NCBI RefSeq assembly: GCF_009914755.1
Contig: NC_060947.1
Reading direction: 5' to 3' (one strand)
Source of the DNA: the human T2T-CHM13v2.0 reference genome, Homo sapiens
DNA length: 64,000 nt
Shown: in pieces, positions 63,201 through 64,000 of the stretch
How the letters are laid out: every line of letters starts with the position of its first letter
Numbering within the stretch: the first letter of the stretch is position 1
Position numbers and translations under genes: made by a program
The notes under the pieces: model-generated
Told to the model about the DNA's origin: nothing
The model's database searches: none
The model's input: the letters and a program-made list of their open reading frames with translations, nothing else

Positions 63201-64000
63201 GCTGCATCCCAGAGATTCTGGTATGTTGCCTGTTTGTTCTCATTAGTTTCAAAGAACTTCTTGATTTCTGCCTTAATTTCATTATTTACCCCAGAGTCAT
63301 TCAGGAGCAGGTTGTTCAATTTCCATGTATTTGTGTGGTTTTGAGTGAATTCTTTAATCTTGAGTTCTAATTTGATTGTGCTGTGGTCTGAAAGACTGTT
63401 ATGATCCCAGTTTATTTGCATTTGCTCAGGAGTGTTTTACTTTAGATTATGTAATCATATTTAGATTAAGTGCCATGAGGCAATTAGAAGAATACTGTAT
63501 ATTTTGCTGTTTTCGGGTGGAGAGTTCTGTCGATATCAGATCCACTTCATCCAGAGCTGAGTTTAGGCCCTGAATATCTTTGTTAATTTTCTGTCTCATT
63601 GGTCTATCTTATATTGTCGGTGAGGTTTTAACTTCTTCCACTATTATTGTGAGGGAGTATAAGTTTTTTTGTAGGTCTCTAAGAACTTGCTTTATGAATC
63701 TGGGTACTCATGTATTGGTTGCATATATATTTAGGGTAGTTAGCTCTTCTTGCTGAATTGAACCTTTTACCATTAGGTAATGTCCCTGTTTGTCTTTTTT
63801 TTATCTTTGTTGGTTTAAAGTCTGTTTTCTAAGAAACTATGATTGTAACCCCTGTTTTTTTCTGTTTTTCATTTGCTTGGTAAATTTTTTTATTTCTTTA
63901 TTTTGAGCCTGTGTGTGTCTTTGCAGGTGAGATGGGTATCTTGAAGATAGCATACCAGTGGGTCTTGGTTCTTTATCCAGCTTGCTGCTCTGTGTTTTTT
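60272..64000 (-). mobile_element. Older L1PA (about PA10-PA13), runs off the window
   Basis: 3'UTR GGTTTGGTACATAGGAAAACGTGTGC..GATCCTCTCC. Degenerate ORF2 through EN ([10 protein letters not shown] at 63092-63421). Confidence 0.88.

Overview
Human genomic DNA: AT-rich, CpG-poor, intronic or intergenic. The species call rests on two L1HS pre-Ta copies with the ACG diagnostic. I recognise no host protein-coding exon, RNA gene or CpG island; every long ORF belongs to a LINE-1, HERV-L or MaLR element. Main contents: a full-length L1PA3-like element with a 15-bp TSD (5559-11706); an L1PA15/16-like copy split by a complete THE1D; a HERV-L/MLT2A1 provirus with three internal deletions and a perfect TSD; a complete THE1B-like element; MST solo LTRs; several Alus; MER20, MER33, MIR and L2 relics; and a ~17-kb stack of nested, mostly minus-strand L1s (46.6-64 kb). 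I found no evidence of a new multi-gene system. The most notable local observations are: two independent young pre-Ta L1s forming a near-perfect inverted repeat; a 26-nt L1 ORF2 tag embedded in the poly(A) tail of one of them; an unexplained ~240-bp insert inside an old L1; and templated-insertion scars inside two MaLR elements. Subfamily names come from remembered consensus sequences and need RepeatMasker/Dfam confirmation.
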